A DNA stretch of 64,000 nucleotides from Candidatus Omnitrophota bacterium. GTDB lineage: Bacteria; Omnitrophota; Gorgyraeia; Zapsychrales; Zapsychraceae. The stretch is taken from assembly GCA_020632515.1 (NCBI GenBank), contig JACKFK010000007.1, forward strand, positions 13,323-77,322, in the 5' to 3' direction. The notes below the pieces were generated by a model that was given only the letters and a program-made list of their open reading frames with translations, had not been told where the DNA came from and did not search any database. Numbering within the stretch: position 1 is the first letter of the stretch; each line of letters begins with the position of its first letter. Positions 49,799-58,175 of the stretch are shown here, one piece after another. The position numbers and the translations under genes were made by a program.

Positions 49799-50056
49799 CT
49801 ATTCATAGCTTGATTTTCGATGAGAGATTCTTAATATTACAATCAATATTTCTTTTTCCGAAATCTTATATATAACCCGATAATCTCCCCATCGGTACCG
49901 CCAATACCCTTGAAAATTACCTTTTAATGCCTTCCCCAACTTAGTTGGATCTTGTGCTAAATATTTTTCAATTCGGTCCAAAATCTTCTTAATAACTGCT
50001 TTATCAACTCGCTTTAAATCTTTCTCAATCTGATCAGAATAAACAACTCTATACAC
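49799..50056 (-). CDS. RelE/ParE-family type II toxin
   Basis: 85 aa with ...GDYRVIYKISEKEILIVILRISHRKSSY. Overlaps the antitoxin gene by 8 nt. Confidence 0.8.
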   Translation of the reverse strand: MYRVVYSDQIEKDLKRVDKAVIKKILDRIEKYLAQDPTKLGKALKGNFQGYWRYRWGDYRVIYKISEKEILIVILRISHRKSSYE

Positions 50057-50267
50057 CTAAACGACCCCGCAACTCTTTACTGGATATAATCTTACTTTTT
50101 GGATCATTAAAACGATCTTTGGCTATTTGCGCATCAACATAATCTGCAAAATAATGACGCAAGGCTTCTTCAACGTAAAACTTCTCACTACGGTGATTTT
50201 CTTTAGCTATTTTTGATAATTTAGCGACCAATGTTTCTGGCAATCGAAATGCTTTTAAAACAGACAT
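50049..50267 (-). CDS. ribbon-helix-helix type II antitoxin
   Basis: 72 aa. N-terminal beta-strand then helices (KAFRLPETLVAKLSKIAKENHRSEKFYVEEALRHY). AAAGGAG Shine-Dalgarno sequence. Confidence 0.75.
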   Translation of the reverse strand: MSVLKAFRLPETLVAKLSKIAKENHRSEKFYVEEALRHYFADYVDAQIAKDRFNDPKSKIISSKELRGRLGV

Positions 50268-50299
50268 AAACGCTCCTTTCTATTCACTTGTAATATAAA

Positions 50300-50314
50300 T
50301 ATAACATTGTTATA
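50300..50314. promoter_or_regulatory. 15-bp perfect palindrome in the TA promoter region (candidate antitoxin operator)
   Basis: TATAACA-T-TGTTATA, about 35-50 nt upstream of the antitoxin ATG. Confidence 0.45.
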
Positions 50315-50322
50315 CACAATTA

Positions 50323-50436
50323 TCAAATAAAAGTAAAAACCGCCACTAAAACCGAAACTGGATATGAAAGATATTTAATAAATGGAAGCACCCTAAATAT
50401 CCAAAAATCATATATAAACTTCCAAAAATCTTTCAT
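50323..50436 (-). CDS. 37-aa hydrophobic peptide ORF (speculative)
   Basis: ATG at 50436, TGA at 50323-50325. Translation MKDFWKFIYDFWIFRVLPFIKYLSYPVSVLVAVFTFI. Below the ORF-track size cut-off. Confidence 0.25.
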   Translation of the reverse strand: MKDFWKFIYDFWIFRVLPFIKYLSYPVSVLVAVFTFI

Positions 50437-50455
50437 TTACAATAAACCTCTATGA

Positions 50456-50881
50456 TTATTCTTTAATTCGAAACATTTTTTTATTTTGATTAAAAATAAC
50501 TTCAGTAAATTGATCAAAAAATCCTTTCCACCCTAATAGTCCTGTTCCTTTCATATTCATTTTATAAGAAAACCCTACATCTGCATTAAATTTCCATATC
50601 TCATTTCTAATATATATTCCCACTTTTATTAAATGAAAATATAATATTTCTGATCCTCCAACTCCATAACTGACAATAGGACGGCCTTTTTTAATATCTA
50701 AACCAATGATAGCACCATAATTCGCTGGAAAAACACAAAAAGCTGCACCTGAATCTATAACAGAAAGAAAATCAAATAATGTTTGAGCGTCTTTATAAAA
50801 TAACTTCGTATTTAATAACGGATAATAAACCGTCTTCCTTGGCTTTTTATTTTTTTTTCGTATATGAAAGCGTAGTGTAAC
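50456..50881 (-). CDS. retropepsin-like (clan AA) aspartic protease ORF lacking any start codon, in frame behind the TAA of the upstream gene (readthrough product or pseudogene)
   Basis: A 141-codon open frame that I translated by hand: VTLRFHIRKKNKKPRKTVYYPLLNTKLFYKDAQTLFDFLSVIDSGAAFCVFPANYGAIIGLDIKKGRPIVSYGVGGSEILYF...GLLGWKGFFDQF... It has the catalytic D-S-G-A. There is no ATG/GTG/TTG/CTG/ATT/ATC before that motif. Absent from the ORF track. Confidence 0.6.
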   Translation of the reverse strand, partial: VTLRFHIRKKNKKPRKTVYYPLLNTKLFYKDAQTLFDFLSVIDSGAAFCVFPANYGAIIGLDIKKGRPIVSYGVGGSEILYFHLIKVGIYIRNEIWKFNADVGFSYKMNMKGTGLLGWKGFFDQFTEVIFNQNKKMFRIKE

Positions 50882-51091
50882 TTAATAGATAAACGCGGCG
50901 ATGTTGCCATCGGGAGATTTAATAAGGAAAGGATTTTCAACACCTTTGTTATAAGCTTGATTTAGCGCGGTCTGCATTCGTTTGGAATGTCCAACAACTT
51001 TCTTTTTATCGGAAGATAACGTCACCCATTGGCCAGGAAAAGGTTCAATTAATTGCCCCACATCTGCTAATGGATTAAAAAACTTAGACAT
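50882..51091 (-). CDS. small conserved protein (DUF5678-like)
   Basis: 69 aa with GQWVTLSSDKKKVVGHSKRMQTALNQAYNKGVENPFLIKSP. The family name is from memory. Confidence 0.6.
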   Translation of the reverse strand: MSKFFNPLADVGQLIEPFPGQWVTLSSDKKKVVGHSKRMQTALNQAYNKGVENPFLIKSPDGNIAAFIY

Positions 51092-51153
51092 GTTTTTATT
51101 ATGTACTGCGTTTCCTCTTTTTCAAGGAAAAAATGAAAGTAGCTAACTTTCAC

Positions 51154-52614
51154 TTAAAACCGCATTGTTCTTCGATTATAAAAGGGTGGTTGAGGATCCT
51201 CACCCCAACTTCCGCCGAGAGCTTTAATTAGCTGAATGGCGGAAATAAGCCGTTGGTTCGCAACCCGGGTTGTCTGCAATTCCGCGTCCAGCCGTGAACG
51301 TTCCGCGTCAATGACCTCCAGAAACGTAACCAGCCCTTCTTTGTAGCGAAAGATTGATAGCTCGGCAGTCTGCCGGGAACTTAATAATATCTCTTGAAGT
51401 ACCGTGGATTGTTTTTCCAACTGCCGAATATTCGACATGGCGGTTTCCACTTCTTCAATCGCCTTTAACACTGTTTGCCGGTAATCTTCTACAGTTTGGT
51501 CATACTCAGCCTCGGCAGCCTGAATGTTAGCTTTACCCTTGCCGCCGGTAAATAAAGGAATCGACACATTCGGTCCTAAAGACCAAAACCGACTTTCCCA
51601 ATTTCCCAAACTACTTAATTCAACACTTTTAAAACCACCAGTCGCGGCCAGACTGATTTTTGGAAACAGCGCGCCTTGCGCAACTCCAATATTCGCATTG
51701 GCCGAAGCCACCGACCGTTCAGCTTGCGCAATATCTGGACGGCGCTCCAATAATTCAGAAGGCATATTTAACGGAACATTGGGAACGCTCAAATTTAGCG
51801 GATGATAATCCACACTAAATTCCGAGGGCAACTGCCCGCACAATACCGCTAACGCATTTTCGATTTCCTGACGTTGTCTTACAATCTCAACACGATCCGC
51901 CTGAACTTTGGCTAATTCTGTTTTTGCCCGATTAAGATCCAGATCACTCGTCACACCGCCTTTTACCCGTTCCTCAACAACTTCAACCGCATACTCCCGC
52001 AATTTGATAGTTTCATCAATTACTGCGATTTCTTTATCCAATTCTAATAATTGAAAATAATGCCGCGCGACATCCGCGTTCAGCGTCAACATAACCGTAT
52101 AATATTCCGCCACAGTAGCCTCTGCTTGCGCTACACCAGCCTCATAAATCCGACGGACTCGTCCCCACAAATCAATTTCATACGTTAAATCAAAAGGAAT
52201 TTCATATCGTTCGGAAATAAAACTGTTCGCGCTGGCAGACGTTGAATTTAAACTATTTCGGGTTGTTCTAGATCGCTCAAATTCCGGACTCATCATAATC
52301 GTGGGGAGAAAACTCGCCTTATCAATTCGCGCTAAAGCCCGTGCTTTACGCACATTGGCCATAGCACTTTTCAAATCATGATTATAATTAAGCGCCTTTT
52401 CCTGAAGCGCATTAAGAATTTTATCATCAAAAATTTCCCACCAAGCCCCTTTGGATTGATGGTCTTGAGGATCGGCTTCTTTCCAATAACGGTAGTCGGA
52501 ACTATGCTCCCAATTTTTTGGCAATCTGACTTCCGGCCGCGTATAATCGTCTCCAACAAGAGCGCATCCGGTCAAAAATAAAAATACCATGAAAGACATC
52601 AAAATCGATTTCAT
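51154..52614 (-). CDS. RND efflux outer-membrane lipoprotein (NodT family)
   Basis: Lipobox LTGC; two OEP repeats; typical size of 486 aa. Confidence 0.85.
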   Translation of the reverse strand: MKSILMSFMVFLFLTGCALVGDDYTRPEVRLPKNWEHSSDYRYWKEADPQDHQSKGAWWEIFDDKILNALQEKALNYNHDLKSAMANVRKARALARIDKASFLPTIMMSPEFERSRTTRNSLNSTSASANSFISERYEIPFDLTYEIDLWGRVRRIYEAGVAQAEATVAEYYTVMLTLNADVARHYFQLLELDKEIAVIDETIKLREYAVEVVEERVKGGVTSDLDLNRAKTELAKVQADRVEIVRQRQEIENALAVLCGQLPSEFSVDYHPLNLSVPNVPLNMPSELLERRPDIAQAERSVASANANIGVAQGALFPKISLAATGGFKSVELSSLGNWESRFWSLGPNVSIPLFTGGKGKANIQAAEAEYDQTVEDYRQTVLKAIEEVETAMSNIRQLEKQSTVLQEILLSSRQTAELSIFRYKEGLVTFLEVIDAERSRLDAELQTTRVANQRLISAIQLIKALGGSWGEDPQPPFYNRRTMRF

Positions 52615-52631
52615 TCTTGCATCACTTTCTT

Positions 52632-55600
52632 TTATTTATTCTTTCTCTTGCGTTTATTCAATAACACATAAACAATTGGAATAACAAACAAGGTTAAAAA
52701 TGTACCTACCGCAATTCCGCCTACCGCCGCGACACCCAATGGTCTTCGACTTTCAGCTCCGGCGCCAAATCCAATAGCAATCGGAAGAATCCCGGCAATT
52801 GTAGAAAACGCGGTCATTAAAATCGGACGAAACCGCATTTTTCCGGCAGCCATCATCGCCCGGACAGCGTCAGAACCTTTGGCCATTTGTTGATTAGCAA
52901 AATCCACCAAAAGAATACCATTTTTTGTCACAATACCAATTAACATAATAATCCCTATTTGACTAAACAAATTAATACCCATCGCCGGGATACGCGGCAA
53001 AAACTTTATATTTCCCACCATCGCCAATTTATCCACATACGCTAAAATCCACAATGACCCCAGTGCTCCGAATACAGCTAGTGGAAGACTAAACATAATC
53101 ACAAACGGATCCTTTAAACTTTCAAACTGAGCGGCCAAAACCATATAAATGATAAGACTAGCCAAAAGCAAAATAAATAATGTCTCATTACCAGCTTCTT
53201 GCAAATCCGCAGCCTCACCATCCCATTCGTATCTTAGTCCTTGAATATTATTTTCTTTGATCATTTCCTTTAACAATATCTCTGTTTTCTTAATCACGGT
53301 TCCTAAAGGCATATTTAACGGCGTGGCTTCAATCGTCGCTGATCTTAAACGGTTAAAATGATTAATAGCACTGGGACCACCACCGGTTTCATAATCAATT
53401 AAATTATTTAGTTGAATAAGCCGCCCTTCTGCATTACGGATATAAACCTTTTCTAAATCTGACGGCACCAATCTGGATTTTCTTTCCAGCTGGGCAATCA
53501 CATCATATTCTTTACCACTAAGATTAATTTTAGATAAATCCAACCCACCAAATAAAATCTGCAACGTACGTGAAATATCTTCCACAGAAACACCTAATAC
53601 TGAAGCCCGGTTTCGTTTAATTTGAATTTGCAATTCTGGTTTGCTTAACTCAAAAGTAGAACGGACATTCATCAAATATCCAGCCTGCCTTAATTTATTG
53701 CTGAATTCATCGGCAATTTGATTTAATTCACGCAAATCCTGATACTGCAGAACAAGCTGAAACGGTTGAGAAAATCCTCGTCCGATAGCTTTAGGAATAA
53801 TCGGAATGACAAGAGCGCCTTCAATAGTAGAAAAAAACTGCGCGCCTAACCCCTTTGGTCCGCCGACAATATCCCGCACATGACGCCTTTTTTCTTCCTT
53901 TAGACGGATAAATGATAAACCTTGTGAAGCTTGTCCAGGTCCCCCGCGCGCTAAAGCCACTGCTGTAAAGAAACCCTGCACTTCCGGGGTTGACTCAATA
54001 ATTTTTTCCATTTTACGAACCATACGATTTGTGTATTCACTCGTTGATCCTTGAGGAGAAATCGCTATACAAAATAAACGCCCTTTATCTTCTTCCGGCA
54101 AAAAATCACTTTCTAAATTGGAGTAAAAATAAAATGTTGCGGCAACAACCATAACACAAATAACTAAGACAACACTATTATGACGTAATGTCCAGCCCAG
54201 CATCCGCTGATAACCTTTTCGTCGCCGATTAAGCCAAACTTCAAATTTCATCAAGATTGATTGTTTTTCATTATCCGCGTGCGGTTTTAATAATCTCGCG
54301 CACATCATCGGTGCCAGCGATAAAGCCACAAAAGTTGAAATAATAACACTAAATGAAATGGCCACAGCAAATTCAATAAAAAGCCGGCCAGTATCACTTG
54401 TCTGAAATGCCATCGGTAAAAACACAGCGACCAAAGCCACTGTTGTGGCGATAACCGCAAAACCTATTTCCTTCATCCCGAGAAATGCGGCATTCATCGG
54501 AGCCATTCCATTCTCAATATGCCGATGAATATTTTCCAGAACTACAATCGCGTCATCAACCACCAATCCAATCGCCAAAACAAAAGCAAGCATCGTAACG
54601 ATGTTAATAGAATATCCAAACATATAAAGAACACCAAAAGTAGCTATAATTGAAATAGGAATTGTGACGCTAGGAATTAACGTGGCCCGAAAATTATGTA
54701 GAAAAATATAAATAACAAAAACAACAAGAAAAAATGCTACCGCCAAGGTAATCCAAACTTCTTTAATTGACTTTTCAATATAAATAGACTCATCGTAGGG
54801 GATATTATAATTGATGCCTTCTGGAATAATCGGTTTGATTCGTTGTAGTTCTTCTTTTATTCCCTGAGCCACATCGATAATGTTAGCCTTAGATTGTTTA
54901 ATAACACCGATACCAACAGCTGGTTTTCCATTATACCGGGCCACCGAACGCTCGTCTTCTACTCCAATTTCAGCACGACCAACATCTCCCAATCTGACAA
55001 AATCATCTCCTGTTGAACGAATAACTAAGTTATTAAACTCTGCTGTGGTCTTAAGTTGACCGCGTGTTTCAATCGACAGTTCCCGCTGAAACCCTTCGAC
55101 CCGCCCGCTTGGTAATTCAACACTTTGTTCCTTCAAGGCCCGGTCGATATCTAAAACTGTGATCCCGCGGGCTGCCATTTTCTGCGCGTCGAGATAAATA
55201 CGGATAGCAAACCGCTTAGATCCGCCTAAAATAACAGAACTTACCCCAGAGACTGTTTGTAAACGATCTTTAAACAAGTTTTCCGCGATTGTCGTTAATT
55301 CAAGCGTTGAGAATTTTTCACTGAATAAAGCAATCCATAAGGAAGGATTCGCATCTGCGTCTTGCTTAGAAACAATAGGTTCTTCAATATCATCCGGAAG
55401 CCGCCCGCGCGCCCGTGCGATACGGTCGCGAACATCTTGAGCCGCGACATCGACATCTTCAGACAAATCGAATTCAATTGTAATAGAACTTAATTGTTCG
55501 CGGTTTTCACTGGTAAGTTTCTTAATCCCTTCAACACTTGTTAAAGTATCCTCTAAAGGTTCTGTCACTTGTGTTTCAATAACTTGCGCGCTAGCTCCAG

Positions 55601-55754
55601 GATAAATGGTTTGCACGTTTACAATCGGAGGATCAATATCAGGCAATTCCCGAACTGGCAAGCGAAACACTCCCACCAAACCGAATAAAATGAGCAAGAG
55701 GCTCATCATGGTTGCTAAAACTGGCCGTTTTATACTAACTTCAGATAATTTCAT
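52632..55754 (-). CDS. RND efflux inner-membrane permease (AcrB/HAE1-like)
   Basis: Starts MKLSEVSIKRPVLATMM at the ATG at 55754; the track ORF is extended to 55838. 12-TM RND architecture. Confidence 0.9.
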   Translation of the reverse strand: MKLSEVSIKRPVLATMMSLLLILFGLVGVFRLPVRELPDIDPPIVNVQTIYPGASAQVIETQVTEPLEDTLTSVEGIKKLTSENREQLSSITIEFDLSEDVDVAAQDVRDRIARARGRLPDDIEEPIVSKQDADANPSLWIALFSEKFSTLELTTIAENLFKDRLQTVSGVSSVILGGSKRFAIRIYLDAQKMAARGITVLDIDRALKEQSVELPSGRVEGFQRELSIETRGQLKTTAEFNNLVIRSTGDDFVRLGDVGRAEIGVEDERSVARYNGKPAVGIGVIKQSKANIIDVAQGIKEELQRIKPIIPEGINYNIPYDESIYIEKSIKEVWITLAVAFFLVVFVIYIFLHNFRATLIPSVTIPISIIATFGVLYMFGYSINIVTMLAFVLAIGLVVDDAIVVLENIHRHIENGMAPMNAAFLGMKEIGFAVIATTVALVAVFLPMAFQTSDTGRLFIEFAVAISFSVIISTFVALSLAPMMCARLLKPHADNEKQSILMKFEVWLNRRRKGYQRMLGWTLRHNSVVLVICVMVVAATFYFYSNLESDFLPEEDKGRLFCIAISPQGSTSEYTNRMVRKMEKIIESTPEVQGFFTAVALARGGPGQASQGLSFIRLKEEKRRHVRDIVGGPKGLGAQFFSTIEGALVIPIIPKAIGRGFSQPFQLVLQYQDLRELNQIADEFSNKLRQAGYLMNVRSTFELSKPELQIQIKRNRASVLGVSVEDISRTLQILFGGLDLSKINLSGKEYDVIAQLERKSRLVPSDLEKVYIRNAEGRLIQLNNLIDYETGGGPSAINHFNRLRSATIEATPLNMPLGTVIKKTEILLKEMIKENNIQGLRYEWDGEAADLQEAGNETLFILLLASLIIYMVLAAQFESLKDPFVIMFSLPLAVFGALGSLWILAYVDKLAMVGNIKFLPRIPAMGINLFSQIGIIMLIGIVTKNGILLVDFANQQMAKGSDAVRAMMAAGKMRFRPILMTAFSTIAGILPIAIGFGAGAESRRPLGVAAVGGIAVGTFLTLFVIPIVYVLLNKRKRKNK

Positions 55755-56847
55755 AAAGTTTTTTCTCTGACATATCTTCCAGGCGGACATTAACTGTCGC
55801 TCCTGGTCCGATTTTTTGATAACCTTCTGTGACGACAACTTCGCCTTCTTTTAACCCTTCTTTCACTATCACCATTCCATCCAGACGCTTACCTTCTTGT
55901 ATTGATCGCATTTCCACGGTTTGATCTTCTTTAACAACATAAACAAAAACTTTATCGCCTTTAATGATCAAAGCTCTTTCTGGTATCGCCAGTGCATTTT
56001 TTGTGACACTGATAATCAAGTTAACATTTGCAAACATTCCTTCTCGTAATTCGCCGGATGGATTATCAACCTGTGCTTTTACCAAAACAGTTCGGGTCAG
56101 CTCATCAATTTTAGGATCAATAAAATAAACTTCACCTTCATATTCCTTTTCTTTGTACGCATCTACTTTCATCTCGATAGTTTGATCAATCTCTACATCA
56201 CTAAGATACCGTTCCGGCAAATGGAATCCTACTTTAATCGGATCCTGATTAAAAAGTGAACTCAACCTTGTCCCTTGAGCCACAAATTGTCCGACGCTGA
56301 CAAAACGTTCCCCCATAAATCCGTCAAAAGCGGCCGTAACAGTGGCATCTTCCAACTGCTCTCGAACCAAATCCAATGCCGCACGGTTTGATTCCAATGT
56401 CGCGACTGATTGTTCATATTCTTGTTGCGACACTGCCTTATTAATGACAAGATTTTCATATCGCTGTGCTGTTGTTTCCGCCAATTTCAGATTCGCCATA
56501 GCTTGATCATAAGAAGCTTGCAACTTTTTCTTTTCAATCTGAAAAAGAATATCGCCTTTTTTGACATATTGCCCTTCTTCAAAATTAATTTTCTCAATCG
56601 TACCGTTGATCTCACTAATAATATTGACCGATTCATTGGCCTCCAAAGTTCCCACCATCGAAATGACATCAGAAAAATCTTTACGGACTGTTTTAAATCC
56701 CACAACATTCACCGCTGGCACCGCCGGAGCTGAACCAGAATGCTCTGCTTTCACATCCTTAGAACATCCATAACACAACAAACTTATTATCATCACACCC
56801 CACAACATGTTATTGGCAAAAACCTGTTTTCTTTCAAATAATTTCAT
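55741..56847 (-). CDS. RND efflux periplasmic adaptor (membrane fusion protein)
   Basis: Lipoyl and hairpin regions (GDILFQIEKKKLQASYDQAMANLKLAETTAQRYENL). Confidence 0.85.
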   Translation of the reverse strand: MKLFERKQVFANNMLWGVMIISLLCYGCSKDVKAEHSGSAPAVPAVNVVGFKTVRKDFSDVISMVGTLEANESVNIISEINGTIEKINFEEGQYVKKGDILFQIEKKKLQASYDQAMANLKLAETTAQRYENLVINKAVSQQEYEQSVATLESNRAALDLVREQLEDATVTAAFDGFMGERFVSVGQFVAQGTRLSSLFNQDPIKVGFHLPERYLSDVEIDQTIEMKVDAYKEKEYEGEVYFIDPKIDELTRTVLVKAQVDNPSGELREGMFANVNLIISVTKNALAIPERALIIKGDKVFVYVVKEDQTVEMRSIQEGKRLDGMVIVKEGLKEGEVVVTEGYQKIGPGATVNVRLEDMSEKKLYEII

Positions 56848-57299
56848 CGCGACTCTCCTTTAACTGAAGATAAACTTTGTACTAACTTTTCAATAATTCT
56901 AAGATAATCGGCACGCTCTGAAGAGTTTAACCGCTTAAAAAGCTCAACAATACCTTCCTTTTTCTGATCATAAATTTCTTCAAGGATCTTGTGTCCCTTA
57001 CGAGTTACTTTAACAAATACCGTACGCCGGTCTTCTTCCCCACGAATTCTTTGCACCAACCCATGCTTATCCAACCGGTCCAGCATCTCGGTTGTTGAAG
57101 AAAATGATGTGTCCATAACCTGAACCAATTCATTCATTTTCCACTGCGGCTTCTGCGAAACCTGCTCTAGCACCAAAAATTGCTGGCAGGTGATTTTGCC
57201 TGAAGTAACATAATTATTTTCATAGCGGGAGATTTCCTTCATCAATTGCGGTAGCAATGAAACCAACCGTTCACCAAAATCTTTGGCCTCTATACCCAT
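56844..57299 (-). CDS. MarR-family transcriptional regulator
   Basis: Winged HTH (MNELVQVMDTSFSSTTEMLDRLDKHGLVQRIRGEEDRR). Overlaps the adaptor gene by 4 nt. Confidence 0.85.
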   Translation of the reverse strand: MGIEAKDFGERLVSLLPQLMKEISRYENNYVTSGKITCQQFLVLEQVSQKPQWKMNELVQVMDTSFSSTTEMLDRLDKHGLVQRIRGEEDRRTVFVKVTRKGHKILEEIYDQKKEGIVELFKRLNSSERADYLRIIEKLVQSLSSVKGESR

Positions 57300-57316
57300 A
57301 AAATTTTTCCTTATTT

Positions 57317-57333
57317 ATTTCGTCACACGAAAT
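57317..57333. promoter_or_regulatory. palindrome upstream of marR (candidate MarR operator)
   Basis: ATTTCGT-CAC-ACGAAAT, 18 nt upstream of the marR ATG. Further ACGAAAT/ATTCGAC half-site-like sequences follow. Confidence 0.45.
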
Positions 57334-57420
57334 ATTTATAGACGAAATATACAATATTCGACAACAAAGGTCAAGCTCTCCGAAATAAGCACAAATTTTC
57401 GTGATAATCCGTAAAATATA

Positions 57421-57450
57421 AAACCCCAAACCGTGATAGTTTAGGGCTTT
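57421..57450 (-). terminator. hairpin downstream of ssrA
   Basis: On the minus strand, AAAGCCCTAAAC-TATCACG-GTTTGGGGTTT followed by TATATTTT. Confidence 0.5.
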
Positions 57451-57469
57451 AAGCTATATTTATCTATAT

Positions 57470-57887
57470 TGGTGGAGGTGCGGGGAATTGAACCCCGGTC
57501 CTTAAAGCGCTTTAGATAAGCTTCTACATGCGTAGTACGTTTATTAATCTCACCTTACGAACTCCAACGCACAGGATTGCATAAGGCCATCTCTTTATTT
57601 TCGAAACAGTGCTCAGAGAATGCGCTGCTCTAGTCTGTTAGAGACCTTTTATTAACCCACAGACATGATTAATAAAAGGGCTAAATAGAGATTAGTCTAT
57701 TTAGACTTGGGCTGCTAAAGTAGGTTCAGCAGGTGCTTCAGAAGCATCAAACTGTTCCATAACTTTAGCAAATGTTAACGTATTTTCGTTAGCATTTGTT
57801 TTTTGCCTGGGTTATTTACGAGGCCAACCAGACATCCTCGGCATGCCACTTACCCTCGGACTGCTTAAGTCGAATCCGATCACCCCC
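57470..57887 (-). ncRNA. ssrA: transfer-messenger RNA (tmRNA)
   Basis: 5' GGGGGUGAUCGGAUUCGAC..., 3' ...GGGGUUCAAUUCCCCGCACCUCCACCA. The acceptor stem pairs with a G3:U wobble. The internal tag frame GCU AAC GAA AAU ... UAA lies at 57793-57701. Confidence 0.9.
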
Positions 57888-57935
57888 ATATCTAGTGCTA
57901 AGATCTATGTCTTAAGTGGTAAGTACTGAAAGAAC

Positions 57936-57964
57936 ATTATAGTGAAGAAATAGAATTTATGCAA
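57936..57964 (-). promoter_or_regulatory. sigma-70-type promoter for ssrA
   Basis: On the minus strand, TTGCAT - 17 nt - TATAAT, about 48 nt upstream of the mature 5' end. Confidence 0.5.
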
Positions 57965-57986
57965 ACTTACTGTAAAACTCCATTAA

Positions 57987-58175
57987 TTATTTACCTTTAT
58001 TACACATAACATCACGGTTCAATAAACGAACCTTTTTAGAAACTGCTTTTTTATAAAAAAGCCTCATTTGTTCCAACCATTCTAACTTTCTTAAAGGAGA
58101 TAACTTGCTCCACTTCAATAACATCTCATCCGTTGTGTTTGACAGATGTTTCCATTCTTTTTTTCTCTTAATCAT
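57987..58175 (-). CDS. hypothetical small protein
   Basis: 62 aa with LSPLRKLEWLEQMRLF. Overlaps the upstream ORF by 8 nt. Confidence 0.45.
   Translation of the reverse strand: MIKRKKEWKHLSNTTDEMLLKWSKLSPLRKLEWLEQMRLFYKKAVSKKVRLLNRDVMCNKGK

Noticed and set aside
50882-50884. Genome-wide reassignment of TAA to a sense codon, as an explanation for the two in-frame TAAs.
   Set aside because: TAA terminates many clearly complete genes in this window at the expected protein ends (for example the vWA gene, exbD and both MCPs). A global recoding is therefore not supported. Only local readthrough or pseudogenisation remains plausible.
55755-55838. 28-codon N-terminal extension of the RND permease ORF (MSSQKVIKKSDQERQLMSAWKICQRKNF).
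   Set aside because: RND permeases begin at the conserved M-x-L-S-x-x-S-I-x-R-P-V motif, found here at the ATG at 55754. The extension lies inside the adaptor gene.
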